A stretch of 64,000 nt of DNA from the NCBI GenBank assembly GCA_041581635.1, contig JBFICW010000007.1, positions 4,765 to 68,764 of the forward strand, in the 5' to 3' direction. Below are positions 33,242 through 40,949 of the stretch, piece by piece (the stretch's first letter is position 1; each line of letters begins with the position of its first letter). The DNA comes from Porticoccus sp. (GTDB taxonomy: Bacteria; Pseudomonadota; Gammaproteobacteria; Pseudomonadales; Porticoccaceae). The position numbers were made by a program, and so were the translations under genes. The notes under the pieces are model-generated. The model was not told the origin of the DNA. It made no database searches and saw nothing but the letters and a program-made list of their open reading frames with translations.

Positions 33242-34294
33242 TTATTTGTCATTATCCTCTTCATGAGCATCATAGGCATCTACAATTTGTGCGACTAATG
33301 GATGGCGCACAACATCTTTAGAGCCAAAAAAGGAGAAGCTAATATCCTGGATGTCCTTTAGTACCTCGCATACATGAAGTAGTCCGGACTGAGTCCTGCG
33401 AGGCAGGTCTATTTGAGAGGTGTCACCGGTAATGACCGCCGTAGAGCTGAAGCCAATTCGAGTGAGAAACATTTTCATCTGTTCGCGGGTGGTATTTTGG
33501 CTTTCATCCAAAATAATAAATGAATTGTTCAAAGTCCTGCCGCGCATATAGGCGAGTGGCGCCACTTCAATGACATTGCGATCAATAAGTTTGGCTACGG
33601 TTTCTACACCAAGCATTTCATAAAGTGCATCGTAGAGTGGACGCAAGTAGGGGTCGACTTTTTGACTTAGATCGCCAGGAAGAAAACCGAGCTTCTCGCC
33701 AGCTTCTACCGCTGGACGTACCAACAAAATTCGTTCTACTTCATCCCGAAGTAATGCTTCTACCGCACAGGCTACTGCGAGGTATGTTTTTCCTGTGCCT
33801 GCAGGGCCGACGCCAAAGTTAATATCATGAGTTTGAATTGCTCTCACGTATTTTTGTTGGCTGGCTCCGCGGGGTTTGATATTGCCCTTTTTGGTGCGAA
33901 TGACAGGAAAGCTCTCCACATTTTCAGTATTAGCTGGTGCAGAGGCAGTGCTAGAAGCAGGTTTATCCATATGAGTCTCAATATTAGATGTCGCGATATT
34001 AGGGGGGGGAGAATTTGATTGCTGTATGGCCAGGTGAACCTGATCTGGGGTGAGGTCACCGTTAGTAGTATTTTCATGATAAAGATGACGAAGTAGCCGT
34101 CCAGCCTTTTTGGCCGTAGCGTTGTCGCCATAGAAGGCAAAAATATTCCCGCGGTTTCTGATCTCTATCTTCAACCGCTGTTCAATTTGTCTAAGGTGTT
34201 CATCGAATTGGCCACAAAGTGTGGCGAGGCGTTTAGCATCACTAGGCTCAAGAGTAATGGTATGAGCTGCTACTTGCTGATTCAAATTTTCCAA
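33242..34294 (-). CDS. ybeZ: PhoH-family ATPase (YbeZ)
   Basis: GPAGTGKT, LVRPAVEAGEKLGFLPG, LDESQN, VVRHPLV. Confidence 0.95.
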   Translation of the reverse strand: MENLNQQVAAHTITLEPSDAKRLATLCGQFDEHLRQIEQRLKIEIRNRGNIFAFYGDNATAKKAGRLLRHLYHENTTNGDLTPDQVHLAIQQSNSPPPNIATSNIETHMDKPASSTASAPANTENVESFPVIRTKKGNIKPRGASQQKYVRAIQTHDINFGVGPAGTGKTYLAVACAVEALLRDEVERILLVRPAVEAGEKLGFLPGDLSQKVDPYLRPLYDALYEMLGVETVAKLIDRNVIEVAPLAYMRGRTLNNSFIILDESQNTTREQMKMFLTRIGFSSTAVITGDTSQIDLPRRTQSGLLHVCEVLKDIQDISFSFFGSKDVVRHPLVAQIVDAYDAHEEDNDK

Positions 34295-34422
34295 TAGGCC
34301 GCCCTCTGCGGCAGTAACGATGTAGTTAGCATATAACCTTTATCTGCAGCTGAAAATACTTTTACCAGTAGTTTATATAGCAAAATGAAGCAATCCACTT
34401 TTATTTTTATGATGCGTTGTTA

Positions 34423-35784
34423 TTAGCCCGGGGTGGTAAGGGGGTTAACCAGTTCGCCGCGTAAAGAATTTGGCAGAGCCTCGGTAATCGTCAGTTGAGT
34501 AAAATCACCTATTAGCTGGTGGTCTGTCGAGGGGAAGTTGACGACGCGGTTATTCTCTGTTCTGCCCTGTAGTTGTCCGGGGTCTTTTTTTGATATCCCC
34601 GTAACCAGCACGGTTTCAGTATTGCCAACCATTCGGCGACTTATTTCGAGAGCGTGCTGGCTGATGCGGTTTTGTAGAATCTGAAGCCTTTGCTTTTTCA
34701 ATTCTGCTGGGGTGTCATCGGGCATATCTGCCGCTGGTGTACCGGGACGAGCACTGTAAATAAAGCTGAAACTATGATCAAAGCCAATATCATGGATTAG
34801 TTTCATCGTATCTTCGAAGTCTTTCTCCGTTTCACCTGGGAAGCCCACAATGAAATCGGATGAGATGCTGATCTCGGGACGAATTTGTCTTAGTTTGCGA
34901 ATTCTTGATTTGTATTCGAGAACAGTATGACCTCGTTTCATGGCCGCCAATACTCGGTCTGACCCACTTTGAACGGGCAGGTGTAAATGGCTAACCAGTT
35001 CAGGCACCTCTGCATAGGCTGCAATCAGGCTGTCAGAAAATTCCATTGGATGGGAAGTGGTATAGCGGATTCGGTCAATACCGTCGATATCGGCCACATA
35101 AGTAATCAGTTCAGCGAGATCACAGATACTGCCATTGGGCATATCCCCGCGGTAGGCGTTGACATTCTGCCCAAGAAGATTGATTTCACGTACATTCTGG
35201 CTTGCCAGGTGGGCCACTTCTGCCAATATGTCGGCGGCCGGTCGACTGACTTCCTCGCCTCGGGTATATGGCACAACACAGAAGGTGCAGTATTTGGAGC
35301 AGCCCTCCATGATGGATACAAAGGCTGTAGCGCCATCGGCCTCAGGTTGTGGAAGGCGGTCAAATTTTTCGATTTCAGGAAAACTGATATCCACGATGGT
35401 GGTGCCATCATGCTGTTTTTTTTCTGCCATCATCTCGGGCAGGCGATGAAGGGTTTGCGGGCCAAATACCAAATCTACAAAGGGTGCTCGTTTGGCGATG
35501 GCTTCCCCCTCCTGGCTGGCGACGCATCCACCCACCCCAATCGTCAAATCCGGGTTTTTTTCTTTTAATATTCGCCAGCGGCCCAACTGATGGAATACTT
35601 TTTCCTGCGCCTTTTCTCTAATCGAACAGGTGTTCAGTAGCAATACATCCGCTTCTTCCGGATTTTCGGTCGTTACCATTTGATGACTGTCACCGAGAAG
35701 GTCTCTCATACGAGCTGAGTCGTATTCGTTCATCTGGCAGCCATGGGTGACGATATGTAACTTTTTAACCGGTTTGTCCGACAT
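34423..35784 (-). CDS. miaB: tRNA-2-methylthio-N6-dimethylallyladenosine synthase
   Basis: [18 protein letters not shown], radical [15 protein letters not shown] domain; start ATG 35784. Confidence 0.97.
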   Translation of the reverse strand: MSDKPVKKLHIVTHGCQMNEYDSARMRDLLGDSHQMVTTENPEEADVLLLNTCSIREKAQEKVFHQLGRWRILKEKNPDLTIGVGGCVASQEGEAIAKRAPFVDLVFGPQTLHRLPEMMAEKKQHDGTTIVDISFPEIEKFDRLPQPEADGATAFVSIMEGCSKYCTFCVVPYTRGEEVSRPAADILAEVAHLASQNVREINLLGQNVNAYRGDMPNGSICDLAELITYVADIDGIDRIRYTTSHPMEFSDSLIAAYAEVPELVSHLHLPVQSGSDRVLAAMKRGHTVLEYKSRIRKLRQIRPEISISSDFIVGFPGETEKDFEDTMKLIHDIGFDHSFSFIYSARPGTPAADMPDDTPAELKKQRLQILQNRISQHALEISRRMVGNTETVLVTGISKKDPGQLQGRTENNRVVNFPSTDHQLIGDFTQLTITEALPNSLRGELVNPLTTPG

Positions 35785-35934
35785 AAAGTGATTAAATTCT
35801 GAGCAATTATAGGGTCGCGCATTATAACGGTAGCAAGGTGTAAATCCTACATGGATAGGTCTGAATGAATGAAATTTGTGCAATTTATGCTATTCTAGCG
35901 CGCCTTTTTCTGGACCTTTGACTAGGCTGTTTAT

Positions 35935-36270
35935 ATGGCTTCCAATCCGATTTATAAAATAATTTTTTTCAACCAGGGCCAGGTGTACGAAATGTATGCC
36001 CGTCATGTCTACCAAAGTGATCTGTGGGGATTTCTGGAAGTTGAAGAATTTATCTTTGGTGAGCGCAGTCAAATGATTGTGGATCCCGCTGAAGAGAAGC
36101 TAAAAACAGAATTCTCTTCGATTAAGCGAAGTTTTATTCCGCTCCATTCCGTGGTGCGTATCGATGAAGTGGAAAAAGAAGGTGCCTGTAAAATTACTGA
36201 AGTGAAGGGTGGTGGTAATGTTACACCGTTCCCGTTTCCCGGTGCCGCGCCAAAACCGAAGAGGGATTGA
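35935..36270 (+). CDS. DUF1820-family protein
   Basis: IYKIIFFNQGQVYEMYAR...FIPLHSVVRIDEVEKEG; divergent from miaB. Confidence 0.8.
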   Translation: MASNPIYKIIFFNQGQVYEMYARHVYQSDLWGFLEVEEFIFGERSQMIVDPAEEKLKTEFSSIKRSFIPLHSVVRIDEVEKEGACKITEVKGGGNVTPFPFPGAAPKPKRD

Positions 36271-36315
36271 TTGGTTTTTGGCAGATCAGAAGCGAAACCT
36301 TCTTGAGTTAAATTG

Positions 36316-36345
36316 AAAAGGGCCGCAATTTGCGGCCCTTTTTTT
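36316..36345. terminator. Bidirectional Rho-independent terminator
   Basis: AAAAGGGCCGCA-AT-TTGCGGCCCTTTTTTT region between convergent genes. Confidence 0.9.
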
Positions 36346-36367
36346 ATATTAACCTTAAGAGTACCTG

Positions 36368-37645
36368 CTACGCCGTCAGTTTTTGCCTGACGGAGGCCAA
36401 TTTAACGGAGTTGCAGAAGATCTCCATGGCGGCATCGATTTCGGCTACTGTTGGAAATGAAGGTGCTAGCCGGATGTTGCAATCCTTGGGGTCCTTGCCG
36501 TAAGGGAATGTAGCCCCCGCAGGCGTTAACTCGACTCCCGCTTCTGCCGCCAGTCTCACTACTTCACTGGCAAGCCCTGGGCGGGTATCAAAGGATATAA
36601 AATAGCCCCCTTTAGGGTTGCTCCAAGTGCCCAGGTCAGATTCGGTGAAGTTTTCATCGAGATGTTTCAGAACACAGGCAAACCTTGGGCGAAGCAGCTC
36701 GGCATGTTTTTTCATGTGCGTCTGCAGCTCTGCTAGGTTTTTAATCACTTTCAAGTGACGCAATTGGTTAACCTTGTCTGGGCCGATAGAAGAAATTCCC
36801 AGGTGCTGCTTTATCACATTAAGGTTGTCTTTTGAGCTGGCCATATAGGCGACACCTGCACCAGCAAAGGTTACTTTGGAGGTAGAGGCGAATTGTAAAA
36901 CACTGTTTTCAGTGCCATGCTTTCGACAGTACTTCATGATATTTGGCAGATCGGGTGATTCATCTGATAGGTCGTGCACCGCATAGGCATTATCGTAAAA
37001 TACCCGGAAATTAGCCGATGCAATGGTCCCCAGTTTTGCCAGCCGTTCAACGGTTTCCTGGCTGTAAACGCAGCCGGTAGGGTTGGAATACTTGGGGACG
37101 CACCAAATGCCTTTAATCGCAGAATCATTGGCAACCAGAGATTCGACTTTATCCATCTCGGGGCCGTTTTCATCCATGGGCACATTGATCATTTCAATGC
37201 CGAATTCTTCACAGATGGAAAAGTGGCGGTCGTAGCCTGGCACAGGGCAGAGAAATTTAACGGTACCTTCATCTCTCCACGCAGACCCTTTACCATTGGG
37301 GCCAAACTGCCAGGCAAATAAAATCGTTAGGTACATCAGTGAGAGGCTGCTGTTACCGCCCACGAGAACCTCGTCAGACTCAACACCTAGAATTTCAGCA
37401 GCCAGATCCCTCATCTTTGGAAGTCCCAAGAGGCCGCCATAATTTCGGGTGTCAGTACCATCGTCAGAAATATAGTTTCCTTGCAGGGCGCCATCTAGCG
37501 CATTGGCCAAAGAAAGTTGGCTCGCAGATGGTTTTCCTCGGGTTAAATTAAGATTTAATCCTCCGGATTTGAACGACTCGTGTTTCGCAGCAAGCTCTTC
37601 ATGCCACTGTTGCAACTGTTCTTGGGTTGCCTGATCAAGGTACAC
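36368..37645 (-). CDS. PLP-dependent aminotransferase, Corynebacterium/Mycobacterium AspAT-like
   Basis: LNLTRGKPS, PVPGYDRHF, VPKYSNPTG, DNAYAVH, PLP-Lys in STSKVTFAGAG, IRLAPSF; GTG start. Confidence 0.85.
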   Translation of the reverse strand: MYLDQATQEQLQQWHEELAAKHESFKSGGLNLNLTRGKPSASQLSLANALDGALQGNYISDDGTDTRNYGGLLGLPKMRDLAAEILGVESDEVLVGGNSSLSLMYLTILFAWQFGPNGKGSAWRDEGTVKFLCPVPGYDRHFSICEEFGIEMINVPMDENGPEMDKVESLVANDSAIKGIWCVPKYSNPTGCVYSQETVERLAKLGTIASANFRVFYDNAYAVHDLSDESPDLPNIMKYCRKHGTENSVLQFASTSKVTFAGAGVAYMASSKDNLNVIKQHLGISSIGPDKVNQLRHLKVIKNLAELQTHMKKHAELLRPRFACVLKHLDENFTESDLGTWSNPKGGYFISFDTRPGLASEVVRLAAEAGVELTPAGATFPYGKDPKDCNIRLAPSFPTVAEIDAAMEIFCNSVKLASVRQKLTA

Positions 37646-37710
37646 GTTGTTATTCCTTCTAGATGAATTTGTGCAAGGATTTTACCCGTTCGATGGATTG
37701 GCACAATAGT

Positions 37711-37750
37711 AAAAAGTCCTTAAGTCAGTGAAAAATCGCTGACTTTCAGG
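37711..37750 (-). terminator. Terminator-like hairpin downstream of the tRNA remnant
   Basis: Minus strand CCTGAAAGTCAGCG-ATTTTT-CACTGACTTAAGG followed by ACTTTTT. Confidence 0.5.
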
Positions 37751-37770
37751 GGCGAGTTAGGTTTAGGCTG

Positions 37771-37817
37771 TATGGTCGCTTCGCGTGGGGTCGAACCACC
37801 GACTCCTACGCCATGAA
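37771..37817 (-). repeat. Degenerate copy of the 3' half of tRNA-Met (att-like direct repeat)
   Basis: 35/47 identical to 40549..40595 by manual alignment (27/33 over the T-arm/CCA end); retains CAT, GGTTCGA T-loop and ACCA. Confidence 0.8.
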
Positions 37818-38065
37818 ACTGTCCAGGAATCTTTGACGGTTAATTGAAGCAATCGGCTGCTGAAGTTTTTCTAAGCGAATAGTGGTGGATGAGTAGCAAC
37901 GGAGTAGCGAAACCATCTTGTATCGTTGTGCTAGTATCTTCTCGTTGCTATGGGATGCCGCGGGGTTCTGTCGGATGATTTACCCCCTTGCCTTGTAAAT
38001 AGGCAAGACACCCCCATATATTACAAAATAACCAATTTTGGTTGTTCCTACCTAAAGGCGATCTA

Positions 38066-39142
38066 ATGCCATCCGAAAATAATAATTCTGATACCCCTTG
38101 GGGAACTCGACCACAGTCACCACCTGATATTGAACAGATCATTAAGCAAGCTATTGATAGGTTAAAAGGTTTGTTCTCGGGAGGTGGTTCTGGAAAAAAG
38201 TCAGGGGGAAATTTTGGTGGCCTGGCCACCTTTGTTTTTCTAGTACTAGTATTTCTTAGTCTATGGTCTGCCTATTATACGGTGCCAAGTGATTCGGTCG
38301 CTGTGGTGCAACGTTTTGGTATGTATCTTAAAGAGGTGCCACCCGGTCTGCATTTCAAGCTACCTCTCGGGATTGATCAGGCAACCAAGGTTCCGGTAAA
38401 GCGGCAATTAAAGCAGGAGTTTGGTTTTTCCACGCCAGGTTCTCGCGACCCGTATCAGGGTTCGCGTGATGGCGGGCGGGAAACCCAGATGGTCACCGGT
38501 GACCTAAATGCGGCGTTAGTGGAATGGGTTGTTCAATACCGCATATCAGACCCAGTCAAATTCTTATTTGAAGTTCGCGAGCCTGGTGAGACCCTGCGTT
38601 ATGTGTCGGAGTCGGTGATGCGTGAAGTGGTCGGTGATAGAACGGTGGACGAAGTTATCACCATCGGCCGGCAGGAAATTGAAATAGAAGCTTTGGTTAA
38701 AATGCAGGAGCTATCGACCAAATATGTGATGGGAATTAGCATCGATCAGGTGCAGCTAAAAAATATCAATCCTCCCAAGCCAGTGCAAGAATCATTTAAT
38801 GAGGTTAATCAGGCGCAACAATCGAAAGAAAAACTGATTAATGAAGCGCGCCGTGAATATAACAAGGTTATTCCCTTGGCAGAGGGAGAAAAAGATCAAC
38901 GTATTCGAGAAGCCGATGGTTATCGCCTCAAGCGTATCAATGAGGCCGAAGGCGATGTGGCGCGGTTCAATGCACTGTTCACTGAGTATCAAAAAGCGCC
39001 GGAAGTCACCCGTCGCCGCATTTATATTGAAACCATGCAGGGGGTCATACCGAAATTAGGAACCAAAATTTTGGTCGATGATGATCTTCCCGGCTTGCTC
39101 CCTTTACTTAACCTTAAAGGGCAAAAAGGTGACCAAAAATGA
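38066..39142 (+). CDS. hflK: HflK-type SPFH protein
   Basis: N-terminal PWG...PPDIE, one TM, VQRFG...PGLHFKLP, MVTGDLN, IPLAEGE; start ATG 38066. Confidence 0.9.
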   Translation: MPSENNNSDTPWGTRPQSPPDIEQIIKQAIDRLKGLFSGGGSGKKSGGNFGGLATFVFLVLVFLSLWSAYYTVPSDSVAVVQRFGMYLKEVPPGLHFKLPLGIDQATKVPVKRQLKQEFGFSTPGSRDPYQGSRDGGRETQMVTGDLNAALVEWVVQYRISDPVKFLFEVREPGETLRYVSESVMREVVGDRTVDEVITIGRQEIEIEALVKMQELSTKYVMGISIDQVQLKNINPPKPVQESFNEVNQAQQSKEKLINEARREYNKVIPLAEGEKDQRIREADGYRLKRINEAEGDVARFNALFTEYQKAPEVTRRRIYIETMQGVIPKLGTKILVDDDLPGLLPLLNLKGQKGDQK

Positions 39143-40149
39143 AAAAAATAGCATCGTTTGTGGTCTTGTCGCTTCTTGTTGTCAGCTTATTTGTAGTGGC
39201 AAATGCCATCTACACCGTAGATGAAGTTGAACAAGTGATTATTACCCAATTTGGCAAACCCGTTGGCGACCCCGTCACCACCGCTGGGCTTAAATTCAAA
39301 ATTCCTTTTGTTCAAGAGATCAATCCCATCGACAAGCGAGTTCTTGAATGGGATGGCGCGCCGTCGGATATGCCGACTAAAGATAAGCTCTATATTTCCG
39401 TAGACTTGTTTGCCCGTTGGCGAATTGTTGACCCTCTGCAGTATTTTTTACGATTGCGAGATGAGCGTAGCGCCCAATCTAGGCTCGACGATATTCTCGG
39501 CAGTGAAACCCGTAATGCTGTGGCCAAACATGAACTGATTGAAATTATTCGCACCACCAAAGACCGCGTACCTCTGAAGGATGTTGTTTTGTCCTCGGCG
39601 GAACAGGATCTCAAAATGGGCGCGCTGGTGCCTATTGAGAAAGGTCGCAAGCTGGTTGAGCAGGAAATATTTCTCGCGGCGGCAGAAAAGGTTGGTGTGT
39701 TCGGTATTGAGTTATTGGATATACGGTTTAAACGAATCAATTATAACGAAAGTGTACGCCCTAAAATTTACGACCGTATGATTAGTGAGCGCAGGCAGAT
39801 TGCAGAGCGATTCCTTTCTGAGGGCAACGGTGAGGCGGCTCGCATACGAGGCAATCGAGTCCGAGATCTCAATAAAATCCAATCTGAAGCCTATCGCCAA
39901 GTAGAAGAAATACGTGGCCGGGCTGACGCAAAAGCCACTGAGATTTATGCTGGAGCTTATAACCAAAGCCCTGATGCCATAGAGTTTTATGAATTTACAC
40001 GCACGATGGCTTCTTACCCTGCAATCATTGGCGATAGCACAACCCTTGTATTATCTACCGACAGTGACTTGTTCAAATTTTTTAAGGGTATGTCACCCCA
40101 AACCACTACACCCTTGGTAAATAAGATGCTGCCGGGGGGCAAAAAATAG
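39139..40149 (+). CDS. hflC: HflC-type SPFH protein
   Basis: IITQFGKP...GLKFKIPF, IYDRMISER, AYNQSPDAIEFY; 4-nt overlap with hflK. Confidence 0.9.
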   Translation: MKKIASFVVLSLLVVSLFVVANAIYTVDEVEQVIITQFGKPVGDPVTTAGLKFKIPFVQEINPIDKRVLEWDGAPSDMPTKDKLYISVDLFARWRIVDPLQYFLRLRDERSAQSRLDDILGSETRNAVAKHELIEIIRTTKDRVPLKDVVLSSAEQDLKMGALVPIEKGRKLVEQEIFLAAAEKVGVFGIELLDIRFKRINYNESVRPKIYDRMISERRQIAERFLSEGNGEAARIRGNRVRDLNKIQSEAYRQVEEIRGRADAKATEIYAGAYNQSPDAIEFYEFTRTMASYPAIIGDSTTLVLSTDSDLFKFFKGMSPQTTTPLVNKMLPGGKK

Positions 40150-40247
40150 TCACAGTGTTGTACAGCGTGTTGCGGCTGTGACTGTTGTCAGTCGGCACGC
40201 AGAGCCGTTAAAAAATTAACGGGTCACCCATTATTGGAGAAAATATC

Positions 40248-40370
40248 ATGAGCCGTGAACAAAAAAGTAATAAAGAAGGTAAGAAAAAACCGTTGTTAAC
40301 AGCAAAGGAAAAAAAGGCCGCAAAAAAAGCTAAGGGCAGTGATCCAAAGAACACGTTGGGATCACTCTAG
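40248..40370 (+). CDS. Small Lys-rich hypothetical protein (40 aa), absent from ORF track
   Basis: MSREQKSNKEGKKKPLLTAKEKKAAKKAKGSDPKNTLGSL; RBS GGAGA at 40236-40240. Confidence 0.6.
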   Translation: MSREQKSNKEGKKKPLLTAKEKKAAKKAKGSDPKNTLGSL

Positions 40371-40504
40371 TAGTCTTCCCCACGTGAGTATGGATGTTTC
40401 TTGGTTTAGGTTGCGTGCATGAAGCGTGCGCTGGTCGGGTCATTCGGAACTGAGCTTGAGTTTGCTAAGGAATGAAAACTCCCGAAAATGACCCGCAGTG
40501 TGGC

Positions 40505-40544
40505 AAAAAAAGGCCTACATCGTTTAACACGAATGCAGGCCTTT
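40505..40544 (-). terminator. Rho-independent terminator of tRNA-Met
   Basis: Minus strand AAAGGCCTGCATTCG-TGTTAAA-CGATGTAGGCC-TTTTTTT immediately after CCA. Confidence 0.85.
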
Positions 40545-40550
40545 GATATA

Positions 40551-40627
40551 TGGTAGCTACGGGTGGACTTGAACCACCGACCCCAGCATTATGAATGCTG
40601 TGCTCTAACCAGCTGAGCTACGTAGCC
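40551..40627 (-). tRNA. tRNA-Met (elongator, anticodon CAT)
   Basis: GGCTACGTAGCTCAGCTGGTTAGAGCACAGCATTCATAATGCTGGGGTCGGTGGTTCAAGTCCACCCGTAGCTACCA; cloverleaf with encoded CCA; GGCTACG acceptor as in enterobacterial elongator Met, not Ile2. Confidence 0.96.
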
Positions 40628-40651
40628 ATTTGCTCTCAAGCAGGGGCGGGG

Positions 40652-40680
40652 ATTTTCCCGAGTTTGTCCCGTTTTGTCAA
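40652..40680 (-). promoter_or_regulatory. Candidate tRNA-Met promoter
   Basis: TTGACA-17 nt-GAAAAT followed by GC-rich CCCCGCCCC. Confidence 0.45.
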
Positions 40681-40701
40681 GACGCTTCTGGCCAGAGCCT
40701 A

Positions 40702-40929
40702 TCAGCTTTTTTTTGTCAGTTGATCATCCCGGTATTGAGGGTTGAGCCAGCACTGGGGAAGGGCTTCGCCAGAGAGGAATATCAGACTCTCTTTGGGGAA
40801 GATTTCTGGCTCCTGCACCTCTTCGCCGTAGTGGTATCGCGCTGAGATATTAAGCTGAAATGGGTCGAACAGTTCCTGTAGTGACAAAACCTCGACCAAG
40901 TGATTTGTGGCTGTTTCTTTTAAGTACAT
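40702..40929 (-). CDS. Conserved small hypothetical protein (75 aa)
   Basis: Strong RBS (AGAGGA); pattern YLKE...LFDPF...RYHYGEEVQEPE.F.KE.L.FLSGE.LPQCWLNPQYR resembles a family I recall being loosely annotated 'acetyltransferase'. Confidence 0.7.
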   Translation of the reverse strand: MYLKETATNHLVEVLSLQELFDPFQLNISARYHYGEEVQEPEIFPKESLIFLSGEALPQCWLNPQYRDDQLTKKS

Positions 40930-40949
40930 AATGACATTCCTCTGCCCCT

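Larger units (their letters stand above)
37771..40595. mobile_element. Decayed tRNA-Met-targeted genomic islet with no integrase
   Basis: Bounded by the tRNA-Met 3' end and its degenerate direct repeat; cargo (hflK, hflC, 40-aa ORF) is on the strand opposite its flanks. Confidence 0.6.

Noticed and set aside
37840-37935. Minus-strand stretch reading ...DGFATPLLL..., resembling the tyrosine-recombinase HxxR-FAT-LL box; considered as an integrase remnant of the islet
   Set aside because: Only FAT-LL matches; the His, Arg and LGH residues are absent; compatible with chance. A tBLASTn with integrases would be needed
37948-38229. 93-aa minus-strand ORF
   Set aside because: Antisense to the hflK N terminus, with no independent coding evidence
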